This document shows positions 23,651 through 35,450 of a DNA stretch of 64,000 nt, in pieces (the first letter of the stretch is position 1; every line of letters starts with the position of its first letter). This DNA comes from Sporopachydermia quercuum (Eukaryota): positions 248,001 through 312,000 of the forward strand of contig BCGN01000012.1 of assembly GCA_001599295.1 (NCBI GenBank), in the 5' to 3' direction. The translations under genes and the position numbers were made by a program. The notes below the pieces were generated by a model. It worked only from the letters and a program-made list of their open reading frames with translations, did no database searches and was not told the origin of the DNA.

Positions 23651-24037
23651 TTATTTCTCCTTCTTCTCTGATTTTTCGTCTGTCTCAGTAGTATCTTCTA
23701 GAAATGCAACAACGACATATCCGATCAATACTAAATTAGCAACGAAAGCCGCTATGCCCCCAGACCAAATCGCATTCCCATCTACCAACAATGTTAGTAA
23801 CATCATCATGAAAGATAATCCGATCAATTCCACGACACTCATTTTTCTCGGTTAACATACTTGTGAGATATTGAATAATAAAAAATGTGAGAATTGGCGC
23901 AATCACCATGAGAGCTGTGAAGAGTATCAGCTTTTGAACAACTGATCTAAATAATTGTTAGTTTCTTCTGGATACAGCCTCTACAGCCTGTTTCTTTCAA
24001 TTGTACCCAAAACCTACCTTGGAATATCGACAGCCAT
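23651..24037 (-). CDS. VMA21: V-ATPase assembly factor Vma21, 78 aa; exons 24037-24018, 23946-23861, 23781-23651
   Basis: Splices to [29 protein letters not shown]...[24 protein letters not shown]...KKEK. Introns GTAGGT..AACTAAC..TAG and GTATGT..TACTAAC..TAG; total 237 nt, in frame. Confidence 0.93.
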
Positions 24038-24490
24038 TATTAGTACGGAGAAAAACGGTCAAAACTACTGTTTTATTCGATTACAAATCTAGGCTGACCG
24101 GCTGATTGCATTATTGTTGTTCATTAGCGCGAAGTACTTTTTCTTCATAATGGCAATCAAGACGTCAAGGAAGAAATAGGTAGATCGAAAGTGCCCCATC
24201 CTCTATCATGTGAGATGAGACGTAATCCTATTATAAAAATATTTCGGAAATAATATTTGTTGAAGAGAATCATCATCTCCGAAATATTTATTAAACATCC
24301 TAAAGAGATAACAACAAGGAGGAGAGAGGACAAAATTAGCAGTTGAAACCAGGTTCCCAATATATAAAACCTGGATCTGAATAACTAAATACAGGAGTCA
24401 ATTGTAAAGGTTGAGATCATGTCTTGTTCTTGCTTCTTGAGGGTTGTCACTTTTCTTACTCCCTAGGTGGATGATACGACCATAGCGATC

Positions 24491-24650
24491 TATACGAGTC
24501 TCGAGAGATAGCGTCCGGAAAGTCGAATCAACAAACGAAATTCTTTTCCACTTTCAAGCCATAAAGACGGACAAACCTTGGAAAACTCAATTGAGGGCAC
24601 ATCAAGTCTCCCTGAAGACAATCAATATGCTACGCATAAACGATGAACGA
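24491..24650. promoter_or_regulatory. Sterol regulatory element-like sites (Upc2/Ecm22 type) upstream of ERG24
   Basis: TATACGA at 24491-24497 and TAAACGA at 24637-24643 (reverse complements of TCGTATA/TCGTTTA), ~310-460 bp upstream of an ergosterol gene. Confidence 0.55.
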
Positions 24651-24950
24651 AGAATGAGATCATTTATCATGGAGTCATCTTGTTTTCCTTTCAATTAAAT
24701 AAAAGTTACTAGTTAATAGGCTTTACAACTAACTAAAACTGCTGAAAGATATAAAGGTCAATACGTGCCAATATAAATTAAGAGGTCAGAATTGAGCGCA
24801 CTTTTATCCCTGCCATAGATACTCCCATCCCCTGGTGATTGGCAACATACTTACTACTTCTATAATGTACGACTATCAGACAATAGTTGATTTATAACCT
24901 ACACGATTAGTATATCAACTCTTAGCAGCTACCCTAAATACAACTAGTTC

Positions 24951-26300
24951 ATGGTTGAATTTTACAATTTTATGAAAATGAGCAATCTAACTTTAAATCC
25001 AGAAACGCCAGAAAAAGAATTTGGTGGCTTTTTCGGGGCTCTGGCTATCACTGTGTTTCTACCAGCTTTAACGCTGTTCGTAGACCTTCTATGCAATCAC
25101 AAGCATTGTCCTAAAACACTGTCAGAACAAATAAGTACATGGAATATTGTGGTTGGTCAATTGAAAAGCTTAAGTATCTCTGATGTTTTTTTTGATTGTA
25201 CGGCTTGGAAGTTCTATCTTTCATGGTTTGGTGGTTTGGTTGTTCTGGAGAGAATTCTACCGGGAAAGACTCTTAAAGGGATAAAACTAAGAAGTGGTGA
25301 TCAACTGGATTATAAGCTCAATGGCAAAGCTTTAGTAGGAGTTTTTTTTGCTGTTTTAGTAGCAAGATTTATTGCTACAAGTGGAGACATGCCTGAATTG
25401 GTTTATATATACTACAATATTCTACCGTTAACAGGAACCTCTATTCTTTTCTCATTCATAGTTGCAACTTGGTGCTATATCAATTCATTCCTTCCCAATT
25501 TGAATGGTAAAGAGAAAGTGCTAGCGTTAGGAGGAAATTCTGGTGATCCATTATTTGATTGGTTTATTGGCAGAGATTTGAATCCTCGTATTGGATCTTT
25601 TGATGTCAAACTATTCTGTGAAGTTCGTCCCGGCCTACTTTTATGGTCTCTTATTAATATTTCAATGGCTCACCATCAATGGCAAACTTTGGGGTACATT
25701 GAGGACTCTTTAGTATTAGTTCTATTATTACAGGTATTCTATTCTGTCGATGGTGTTTTAAATGAGGATGGCATTTTGTCAATGATTGACATTACCACTG
25801 ATGGGTTTGGGTTCATGTTAGCATTTGGTGATTTGGCTTTAGTTCCTTTCACCTACACTTTACAGACCCGTTACCTTGCCAATATTGCAGAACCCATTCA
25901 TCTTGGACCTTTTAAATGTGTGTTGATCATTGGTTTAAAAGTTGCGGGATACCTAGTTTTCCATTTCGCGAATGACCAAAAAGCAAAATTCAAGTCTAAC
26001 GATCCATCTGCTAAAGATATCAAATACATCTCTAATGAAAAGGGTTCCAAACTGATTATTTCTGGATGGTGGGGAATGGCTCGTCACATCAATTACATGG
26101 GTGATATTTTAATGGCTCTTAGTTGGTGCCTGCCCACTGGGTTTAATACACCTTTTACATATTATTATGTGTTTTATTTCATTGGCCTCTTAGTTCACAG
26201 AGAAGGCAGAGATGAAGCAAAATGTTCTCAGAAATATGGAAAACTATGGGAAGAATACTGTACTAAGGTGCCATATAGGATTTGTCCCTATGTTTACTAA
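24951..26300 (+). CDS. ERG24: Delta(14)-sterol reductase (start may be the downstream Met of MSNLTLNP)
   Basis: LNPETPEKEFGG, DWFIGRDLNPRIG, DITTDGFGFMLAFGDL, LIISGWWGMARHINYMGD, KVPYRICPYVY. Confidence 0.95.
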   Translation: MVEFYNFMKMSNLTLNPETPEKEFGGFFGALAITVFLPALTLFVDLLCNHKHCPKTLSEQISTWNIVVGQLKSLSISDVFFDCTAWKFYLSWFGGLVVLERILPGKTLKGIKLRSGDQLDYKLNGKALVGVFFAVLVARFIATSGDMPELVYIYYNILPLTGTSILFSFIVATWCYINSFLPNLNGKEKVLALGGNSGDPLFDWFIGRDLNPRIGSFDVKLFCEVRPGLLLWSLINISMAHHQWQTLGYIEDSLVLVLLLQVFYSVDGVLNEDGILSMIDITTDGFGFMLAFGDLALVPFTYTLQTRYLANIAEPIHLGPFKCVLIIGLKVAGYLVFHFANDQKAKFKSNDPSAKDIKYISNEKGSKLIISGWWGMARHINYMGDILMALSWCLPTGFNTPFTYYYVFYFIGLLVHREGRDEAKCSQKYGKLWEEYCTKVPYRICPYVY

Positions 26301-26599
26301 AGGCTTAAACGGTTGAGCTCTTGATGCTACATATTTGTTTGTATTCACAAATAGTGCAATAGGTTTAATGAACAGAAAGTAAATAAAATTAATGTAATCA
26401 AATTATAATAAAACAAAACTATGCTAAGTGAAAGAAGAGTTTCGGTAAGATTGTAAAAGACATGAGTACTTTACTAACATTGAAAGTAATAATATGAGAT
26501 TATTTAATATATTAACCTACCTTCTAAATAATCATATACACACTTTGGTTTCTAGAAAGAAGTTCCCAATCTCAGTTCAACCGGAACTATTACTACTAA

Positions 26600-28459
26600 T
26601 CAACCTTTTCTTTGCTTCTTCCCTAACTTTTTCTTTTCCCTCTCAATTTTTCTCTTCTTCTGGATCAACTCATCTTGTCGACTCTCCTTCTTCTCGTTAC
26701 TATACTGCATCTTCTTATATAATTTCTTTTGCTTGTTGCTCATCATCATCAATTTCAGCTGCTTGGCTTCTTCTTCTTCCTTCTCTTGAGCAGTCTTGGT
26801 ACGTTTCTTTCCTTTAGCATTAATCACTTTAGGTTGTTCATTCTTAGAGTATGCAACACCAGCGGCTTCCAATTCAATTTCCTTCTGTCTATTATAGTCT
26901 TCATCTTCACTTTCCTCTTCTTCTTCATCTTCATCTTTTGCATTTTCATTTTCTTCTCCTTCTTCATCTTCAATCTCTTCTTCACTTTCAGCGACTTCTT
27001 CATCTTCAGCAATTGGAGCTTCTGGGTCATATCCACCAGCATCACCCCATGGACTTAAATGAGGAGGTAGTGTTTCACCTGGGGCATAATCACTGACATT
27101 TAATAAAGTACCCTTATTGATGGAATCAAATATCCATTGAGGTTGGACATATGTTCTACCAGCTACTTTGGATGAAATCACTTCACGATCAGAAACTTGA
27201 TGCGTAATTGAAGACAAGTCAATCTTGGCTTTGGATTCCTCGTCTAGTTCATCAAGTGCGGCTTCAGAAATAAGCTTACCACCACATGCTACAATCAAAA
27301 ACTCAATGATATCTAAAGGAACTTCTCTTCCAACAAAGAATGTCATAGATTTGAATAAATCTTCTTGAGGTGACTCAGTGGCTAATGGTTGAGCTAAAAC
27401 ATCTCCACTAGGGGTGTTTTCTGATTTTGATGTAATTGGTTGAAATTCATCCAAAGCGGCTTCCTCTGATTCTCCATCTTCTTCATTCTCTTCTTCTTCG
27501 GTTGTCTTAGATTCAGTCTCCTGAGCGTCTCCTGTTTCTTGTTGCTGTTCAATCTTGTCTAGCTGTAAAGTTTTGATCTTAGCTGATGTCAATTTCTTCA
27601 GAGAAGTATTGCTTTTGGATTCCTGACTGCCATCTTCCAGTTGTCTGATAGCCTCATCTCTGCCTTTCAGAATGTATGCGCTCAAACCACCAACACCATT
27701 TATCTTGGCCATATCCATCACAGGAGGATAGATCAAATTGCTGTCTGTATATAACTTGAATAAAACGAAACGAATTAAAGTAACATAGAACTCCAAAAAG
27801 GTAAGCATAATACGGAAATCAACATCGCTTGGCACATTTTGAGGAAATTTGAATGGAACCAACCATGTGATTTCTTGACCCCGGATAACTGCTTGGTAGT
27901 AGACACCTCTAATGGATACAAAGACCTTTCTCAAAAGCTTCTCCCTTGCAACATAAGCCATCCAGTGCATGCAAATCTTTTCAGCATCCTCTGTGAACTT
28001 TTGAGATACTTTATCTGAGGCAGGTAAATTGGCAAACAAAAAGATCATTGACAAGGCATCATCAATATCTCTTAATGCATCATTAAAAGAAGGATATCTT
28101 TCTTTGATTATATTATCCAATTTATATTTTGGTCTATTCTTATCCAATCTAACTGCATCACTTACTTCGTTTCTTCCTAGTAATCTAGTAAGTTTTTTGG
28201 AAAAAGTCTTATGTTCTCTGAATTTCTGCAACACTGGTTCATGCATAAGATATTGAATATCTTTGATATAATAGAAAGTCACATTTGCAGTAGAACCCTT
28301 GTTCGCCTTCTTCTTGTTTCTTGGCTCTCTAGGGAAAATGCCTTTGAAAATACATAACCTTCTGAAATCAGCTAATGATACTTGCAACTTCTTCACTGCC
28401 TGAGTTCTCGTGATGAAGTTCTTGGCCGCACCGGCCTGATGCTTTTTCTTAATTCTCAT
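26600..28459 (-). CDS. NOP7: Pescadillo homolog (PeBoW complex)
   Basis: MRIKKK...[34 protein letters not shown] ([12 protein letters not shown]); LPPHLSPW; acidic tract; [11 protein letters not shown]. Confidence 0.97.
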   Translation of the reverse strand: MRIKKKHQAGAAKNFITRTQAVKKLQVSLADFRRLCIFKGIFPREPRNKKKANKGSTANVTFYYIKDIQYLMHEPVLQKFREHKTFSKKLTRLLGRNEVSDAVRLDKNRPKYKLDNIIKERYPSFNDALRDIDDALSMIFLFANLPASDKVSQKFTEDAEKICMHWMAYVAREKLLRKVFVSIRGVYYQAVIRGQEITWLVPFKFPQNVPSDVDFRIMLTFLEFYVTLIRFVLFKLYTDSNLIYPPVMDMAKINGVGGLSAYILKGRDEAIRQLEDGSQESKSNTSLKKLTSAKIKTLQLDKIEQQQETGDAQETESKTTEEEENEEDGESEEAALDEFQPITSKSENTPSGDVLAQPLATESPQEDLFKSMTFFVGREVPLDIIEFLIVACGGKLISEAALDELDEESKAKIDLSSITHQVSDREVISSKVAGRTYVQPQWIFDSINKGTLLNVSDYAPGETLPPHLSPWGDAGGYDPEAPIAEDEEVAESEEEIEDEEGEENENAKDEDEEEEESEDEDYNRQKEIELEAAGVAYSKNEQPKVINAKGKKRTKTAQEKEEEEAKQLKLMMMSNKQKKLYKKMQYSNEKKESRQDELIQKKRKIEREKKKLGKKQRKG

Positions 28460-28613
28460 TATAAAAAACTCAATAAGTCAACAAGATATCAATTAGTATT
28501 GCTGGTTATTTTGGTTGATCAAAAAGATTGAACAACAATGGCAGAACGATAGAACTATATAGATGTAAATTGATCCTATCTTAGATAGATACTGTATTAT
28601 ATATAGGAAAGAA

Positions 28614-28739
28614 TGAAAAACTTTTCTCCCATACAATTAATTTTTTTTAATAAGCAGGTAAAGTTCAGGCACGTGATACTAGTTACCCTGTAATTTTTGA
28701 GGTGAGATATGAAGTTAGGCTTGAGATTCAGATCACGTG
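28614..28739. promoter_or_regulatory. NOP7 promoter: RRPE-like TGAAAAACTTTT and two CACGTG E-boxes
   Basis: TGAAAAACTTTT at ~28614; CACGTG at 28670-28675 and 28734-28739; upstream of a ribosome-biogenesis gene. Confidence 0.4.
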
Positions 28740-29235
28740 TTAGATATCAGCCATCAGGAAAAAGATATTCATATTGATGATTAACTGATTTAATATACAA
28801 TTCTTTCAATTCTAATTATAATAAATGATTCAGAACACAAATTGCTCGTCAATAACACCAATCGTCAGTCTAGTTAGTGTCTTTTCGTTAATTCGATGCC
28901 TGAAGTGAAGGCTGCCGAAAGACAATTCAATAGACTCTTCGGAAAGACTATTCGCTCATTTACGACTAGACAAGAGCACATTTTCAAGCAAAAAGATTCA
29001 ATCGGTAGTCCCGAACAAAATCCACTTGCACTTAGCTCTCAGAATGAATACTCATTTCCAGTCAGCTTTTTGTTCAAGAAAATACAAATCAATTTCATAA
29101 GGGTGGTTTTCAGAGCTCAAAAAAAAACCATCGTCATATCGGCCTCAACCTGTCATGGAACAATCTAAGATCGATAATGCAATAGACTAAACCAAAATAG
29201 AATACGAATTACTTTCAGAGCCTCTAACTTCCTCT

Positions 29236-30386
29236 CTAACGAAAACCATATTTACTACTACTTTCATTCTTATTCTTTCTATTAGCCATGTGTACTTCTT
29301 CTAATGCCTCCTTGCCTTCTTTAGCTGCTCGGATCAAGCTAGACAATTGATGTTTACCTGATCCGACATATTTAACAGGTCGCTTGGCCTCCTCAAGTAA
29401 ATCCTTTTGCTTCAGCTCTTCATTTTGTTGGTAAAATTCATCAACATTAAAATCGACTATCTTCATATCTTCTTCTGTAGATTTCATTCCTTTCCTGCTT
29501 TCAACAGTATTAACCTACGGCAACATGTTAGTATGATTGTCAAATTGAAACAAAATCAAGAACAAATAATCACCTCAATTGCACTCACGTAATCCCATTG
29601 AGACTCTGAAAATCTGCTAGCAGGTGGGACTATGTCATTTGGGGTAGAACCACTGGTAAGATTACTCGAATTACCATTGTTTCTCCCTATATCTTTGTTG
29701 AACAGCAGCTGTATTCCACTGGAGGTTGTAATTAAAGGCTTTTGAGAACCAATCAAAGTGCTATTGGAAGGCTTCTTATTTATACCAAAAAGATTGATTC
29801 CTGTTGAAATAGCTTCCTCTGATGCTCCTAGTGACGACTCTTGCTTGCTCATCTTTGTCTGCTTTTCTGTGGAATCTTCGACATACTGGTATTTTCTTTT
29901 ACTCCTTATAGAGTTTGGTATCATTCTAGTAAGCATTTTTTCTTTGTCTTGTGATTCTGACTTCATATCCACCTCACTATTAGTCTTAGTCCGGCTTTTC
30001 AAAATAACACTGCCGTGTGATTGAGCATCTAGCTTTCCATTTCTATTTTTTGGTTTCGGTAAAAATTCAGCAATCGAGAAACGATCACCATTAGTAGCAA
30101 CCTTATTTTTCCTCTTAAGGTTACTCTGTCCTAAATTTGAAGTACTAATTGTTGAATACTCACCATCTGAAGAATCAAGTTCAAGGTCTAATAGTAACAG
30201 TTTCTTATCATTTCCTCTATGATGTTTTCTCTTAATCTTTATCGTCTTTTTGTTGTTATTTATTTCTGATACTTGATGATTTTCCAAGCTTGATACGTTC
30301 TCCTGCCTATTAGATTGAAGCTCATGTTTACTTGGCACCTCTGCTTCTGATTCCGAAGAACTATTATAACCAGGTAGCAATGACAT
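29236..30386 (-). CDS. PRCC-like protein (MAD2B-interacting family); exons 30386-29589 and 29514-29236
   Basis: A 74-nt intron (GTGAGT..TACTAAC..TAG, 29588-29515) joins two ORF-track pieces in phase 0. N-terminus MSLLPGYNSSSESE; C-terminus GKHQLSSLIRAA...NRKNKNESSSKYGF typical of PRCC. Confidence 0.8.
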
Positions 30387-31074
30387 TAGGATTAAATGAG
30401 TAGGTTTGTGTCCTCAGCGATGATCCACTTTTGAGATCAAAATGCAGTAGAACTGAGTAAAACTGAACTCACAAATAATGTGCTTGCTTCAATTATAGAC
30501 AGTCAGACTCAGCTAACTACTCATATAGCGCGCCAGCATCCACAAGTATTAGCCATGATGCCAATGAGATGATAATGAGAATTAGAAGCACACAATTAAG
30601 TGTTCTATCTTTGAAACATTCTGTCCCATATCAGCTGGGTAGGGCAATATCACTTGCTGATGTCCAAATTCCCATATGGCATTGTGAAAGGTATTTTGGT
30701 CCTACTTTTACGTGTCCCATAACTAGGTCCTTGGAACCAAAGTCCTATCTACTGTGGAAATTTTTTTTTATTATGAGAGGAATCAATTCATAGGACGGAT
30801 AGATGAACGAATTAATGAATGCTGGTTTTTATTGTGTTAGAATATGATCAACTGTCGGTAGTCACTAGGTAGTTATTTACAGAAAATTCAAGTCGAGTGA
30901 GTTGAGTTTCAACTGCATCAAAATAGCAGTTACCAAAGGTCGTCTATCTGAGTACTGGCTGTTGTACATGATTAAAGGGTCCCAGAGTCAAACTCCAAAA
31001 TTGCAAAACCATTCAGCATTGGATATACATTGTTTAGCATTTAAGTCATTTCACAAGCATTCAGTTAGATTACC

Positions 31075-31631
31075 ATGTCAGTAGTTGGTTCACTTATATT
31101 CTGCACCTATTGTGGTAATCTACTAGATTCAACAGCACACCAAGAGCACATCAGCTGTAAAGTGTGTAAACATAGTTATCCAGCTAAGTCATTTGGCAAT
31201 TTGAAGGTCGTGACTGCAAGTTCGGAAGATGCCTTTCCATCCAGCTTGAGATTGAAAAGATCGGTCGTGAAAACCTCTTTAAATAATGATGAAGTTGGAG
31301 AAGGAGCTGTGGTATGTGGAATTCTTGTTAAATTATAGAAGTTTCAGCCCTCTGAGTTTGATGTAATGCTAACAGATTTCATACTAGATTAAAGAGAAAT
31401 GTCCACAATGTGGTAACGATGAGATGCAATATCATACATTACAGTTACGTAGTGCGGATGAAGGTGTAAGTATAGAAGAAGAACGTGAATAATAGCATTT
31501 AGTGATTATGCAGTTATAACTCCACTTCGGGTATTGTTTGTCATGAGAGTTGATACTAACTATGAGGAAACCAGGCAACTGTGTTTTATACTTGTACAGA
31601 GTGTGGTTATAGATTTAGAACTAACAATTAG
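31075..31631 (+). CDS. RPA12: RNA polymerase I subunit A12.2; exons 31075-31311, 31388-31465, 31575-31631
   Basis: MSVVGSLIFCTYCGNLLD...GAV|IKEKCPQCGNDEMQYHTLQLRSADEG|ATVFYTCTECGYRFRTNN; donors GTATGT/GTAAGT, branch points TGCTAAC/TACTAAC. Confidence 0.96.
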
Positions 31632-31892
31632 AAGATTTGGGTTATTCTTGTTGGTTTTTCTTGGATGTATATTATATAATAATAAAAGAAGCTTTGGGAA
31701 GATGTTCCTAAAAGTACCCGTAGCACCAAATGCAATTCAAAATTGACTCTGTTGCTATCCTTGACTACATTGAACCTATAGCATATTCAAATGCTATAAA
31801 ACAGTATATAAAATCCAACCATAGCATGTTCATACCTATACATTCATCTTCACTTTCATCTACACCTACTCTTCGACTTATCACTGAATGAA

Positions 31893-32867
31893 TCAAACTT
31901 CAACCACGGCGTATTCCATGTCACCTGAGGTTTCATATTCATACATATCCAAAGCAACAATTGCACTTTCTCGTACAACATCTTCTTCATCAGTAAGAAA
32001 ACTTTTCAAAACTGGTAACACTTCATCAGTAGCAATACTACCTAAAGCTTCTGCTGCTTCGTGACGCACCATTCCTGCTTCCCTAGTATCTTTCAAAACT
32101 TCAATCAATGCAGGCACACTAGCAGGATCACACATTTGGCCAAAAACATAGGCAATCTCATGCTTGAATAATGCTGATTCGTCTTTGAAGCCGGTGGCCA
32201 ATGCTAAGACTGCTTCTTCAGTGCCGATATCTCTCAGCCTGAACATTGCTCTGTATCTAAGGAAAAGAGGTTCAGACGTATCAACCAAAATCTTTTGTAA
32301 CTTTTCAATATTGTCGTTATTTTCAGTGGGCAATGGTGGAGCAGGATCAATTGAGCTGTAACTGCTCGTTTGTAATTGCTCCTTTTTAGCTTCCTCGGAC
32401 ATTTCCCATCGGATTCTTTCTAGAGCTAATTCACAAGTTTGTCTCACGGAAACATCCTCGTCATTTTTTTCGTGATATTCTAGTAGCTCCAAACTCTCTT
32501 TATCTCCCAAAGCCCCTAAACCTTCAGCTGCTTCGTGACGGACAATCACTGGCTGCTCATTAGGCTTCTGTAGGATTGATCTGAGGAATGAAGCAGCATA
32601 TAAGTTCTTAGTCTGACCTAAGACATAAGCTAACTCGTGTTTCAGTAAATCCGATTTATCTTGGAACCCGTCATTGATGATCTGAATAGCTTCTTGGTAC
32701 ACTTCTTCTGGTTGATCTGGTCCTGCTAGTGATTTCAGATGGAACAATGCTCTGAATCTGTGTGCTAGGGGTGTGGTGCCATTAACATTCAACAAAACTG
32801 CTCGAAGTGTCTTCATGTCAGAAGTCTCACTGACTTCTTCGTTGGTTCGTTCTTCATTCATAGTCAT
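31893..32867 (-). CDS. LIA1: Deoxyhypusine hydroxylase
   Basis: HEAT repeats with four HE motifs ([36 protein letters not shown]); SIDPAPP. Confidence 0.96.
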   Translation of the reverse strand: MTMNEERTNEEVSETSDMKTLRAVLLNVNGTTPLAHRFRALFHLKSLAGPDQPEEVYQEAIQIINDGFQDKSDLLKHELAYVLGQTKNLYAASFLRSILQKPNEQPVIVRHEAAEGLGALGDKESLELLEYHEKNDEDVSVRQTCELALERIRWEMSEEAKKEQLQTSSYSSIDPAPPLPTENNDNIEKLQKILVDTSEPLFLRYRAMFRLRDIGTEEAVLALATGFKDESALFKHEIAYVFGQMCDPASVPALIEVLKDTREAGMVRHEAAEALGSIATDEVLPVLKSFLTDEEDVVRESAIVALDMYEYETSGDMEYAVVEV

Positions 32868-33168
32868 TGGGAATTAAATTGTAATTAAGTTCGGAATAGT
32901 AATTACAGATATGCCCCCAATGTACACTTGGAGCTCCTCTGAAACGTGAAGCAGTATTACCTAGAACTACTATATTATAAGTCAATATATGTTATCGGAT
33001 CTGCACAAGATCGACTATTATCTGCGACGGATTCTCTCCAGCTTCTCGACAAAATTATCAGTTAAAGTGTTCCAACTAATGAATCTCTTTTTCCAGTGCT
33101 GCCATTTGTTTTTATCTACATCTGAGCTGTACTTGGATACATTTCTTTATACCTTTATATCCTTTCCA

Positions 33169-33212
33169 TCTCATCTCCTTTTAAATTTTTTCACTTTGTA
33201 TGTCAAAAATTT
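33169..33212 (-). promoter_or_regulatory. PAC/RRPE-like elements upstream of LIA1
   Basis: CTCATC (GATGAG on minus) near 33170; AAATTTTTTCA at ~33183; AAAAATTTT at ~33205. Confidence 0.4.
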
Positions 33213-33726
33213 TACTTACAGATGGCTAAGAAATTAATCGTAGGATGTGATATGGGACATTTTGTTTAGGGGCTACTCGACAAGTGACAATAAGTGGGGG
33301 TCGTTGTGAAGATCAGTATGAGTGCGCGGGTGAAGAATGAGCATATATGCTTTGATGGAAAAACTTCTATGTTGGTGGAATGTTAGATACCTTACTGTAG
33401 AGAGGAAGCATTGCATAAAGATTCCGTCATGATAAAGAAACGTTTCGTTTATTTATTGTTTAAGGTTATTTTATGTTCTTTTATAAACTGGATTTATTGA
33501 TAAAGACTACCAAATCTAAAAACAATGTAAGATCGTTAAGTAAAATAAAAATAAACTATCTTAACAGAAATCAAGAAGCATATTGATTGTAATCAGCATA
33601 ACTGAACATAAAGTTTTTTCATAAATTGACATTTGTACGTAATTTATTCATATGTTTCGTTGACCATAGTCTAAACATCAATCATTCACACGGAAATTCA
33701 ATATCTCACTAGGACAATCATAACAA

Positions 33727-35450
33727 TTATGGCACATTGAATAAAGAGAATTGACGTACGATACCAGGTCCATATTCTTCGTAATCTTGTTTGGTATGGC
33801 AGTAACTCTTGAACTCCGCAGTTTGAGCTAATAAACTGCCACCAAACCAAACAGCGTTTCTCTGCTTCTTATGACTGATAACCGACACTTCAACACCAGT
33901 ACTCTTAGCTTTTGATAAAGCTTCAGATTTATGAATACGGGCATCGACAAGTGTCCTTATGTCGCGCTGTAATCTTCTACCGAAATCCTTAAACATAGTG
34001 GAGCCTCCAGACAAAACGATATTTTTATATAAACCTTTTCTGACATCAATTGGGGAGCTTTGGATTACTTGATCAACGATTTTAGGAAGAGGAGTTAAAA
34101 AGTCTGACGATTGGATTTCTGGGTTGAAAAATATTTCAGGAGCAAGAAATCTTTCATAACCAACATCAACTGTAACTCTTCTGTCTAATCTTTGATCAAC
34201 AATGTACTTTTGGAATCTATCAGGTTCACGATCAAATCTGTTAAACTCCTTCACAATATCTGGACAAACATAACAAAATTCTTCCTTGATTTTTTCTGCG
34301 GTTTTCAAACTTGTATCAGGTTCACCTCGGTCTCTTAGTAAAGTTTGGATAAAAGATGTAATATCTCTTCCTGCAATTGGGATATTCTTGATGGCTGAAG
34401 CAATCACATAACCTTCTGCTACAGGTATTACATGAGTAACACCATCACCAGAATCAATGACAGTACCGGTTAAAGAACGATCATGAACCTTGGATGATGT
34501 CCAAGAAGCAGCCAGTGCTAACACTGCTTGAACAGCAATATATAGGCCAGCACAATTGAATGATTCAAACATAATTTCAGCTGTATTTTCTCTGTTTTCT
34601 GGAGCATTCAATGGTGGTTCAGTAAGTAGAAAGTAATGGTCTTCTGGTTCACATCTTAAGTACTTGAAAATTGAATTCTCCCAGAATCTTTCCATATGAT
34701 CCCAGTTATCAACTTGACCATGTCTGATAGGGTAGTTCAATCCATAACCTATATTGTTTGTTAGGATGCAAAAATAAAATTATTGCTAGTAAATTGGCTG
34801 TATACTCAATTATAACATACCAGGACCTGATGCAGCCGCCAAAGCTTCATCACCAATATAGAAATCTAAGTCTGCAGTCCCTTTGTTGGCAATATTCCCA
34901 CCGCTACCAGAGCTTTTTGATTTTGATTCTTGTCTTGTAGCAATCGTAGTGGGGAAAATAAACGATGGAGAGTCGTTACCGGCAAAACCAATTTTGGTCA
35001 ATCCCGTACCGCTATATATAGTTAGTATCTATACTTAGGGCTAATTGAGTCGGTAGTACTCTTGTCTTAACTTTAATTTTGGTTGATTATCGTTGATTTT
35101 GATGAAAAGGTGTAATAGTACTAGCAATCTAATGTATGAACATTCAAAATGTATAGTTCTTCTGATAGAATACATCATTCTACTTCATTGCACATACACT
35201 ATGACAAGTGTCGTTTCATTATTTTCGTCAATCCCTAATCCTTCGAAAACAATAACAATTTTTTCAAACAATAGCTCAGTAACTTACTTGTCTAAAAGAA
35301 ACAGGGGTTAGTAAAGTGTGAGAAAGACTCTGATAGCTATTCCTAATCGGTTTCTCATCAATATTTCAAGCTCGGATAACTAACTCCTCTTAATTAATAT
35401 CAACAATCAAACATACCCATCACAACGGCAGGTGCACCCATGTTAGCCAT
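33727..35450 (-). CDS. ARP3: Actin-related protein 3, 416 aa; exons 35450-35417, 35291-35288 (4 nt), 35011-34821, 34748-33727
   Basis: Splices to [34 protein letters not shown]...[14 protein letters not shown]. 34+4+191+1022=1251 nt. All three introns have GT donors, CTAAC branch points and TAG acceptors. Confidence 0.95.

Noticed and set aside
28896..29168. 90-aa plus-strand ORF and small hairpins between NOP7 and the PRCC-like gene
   Set aside because: No recognisable motif or family; stems are short
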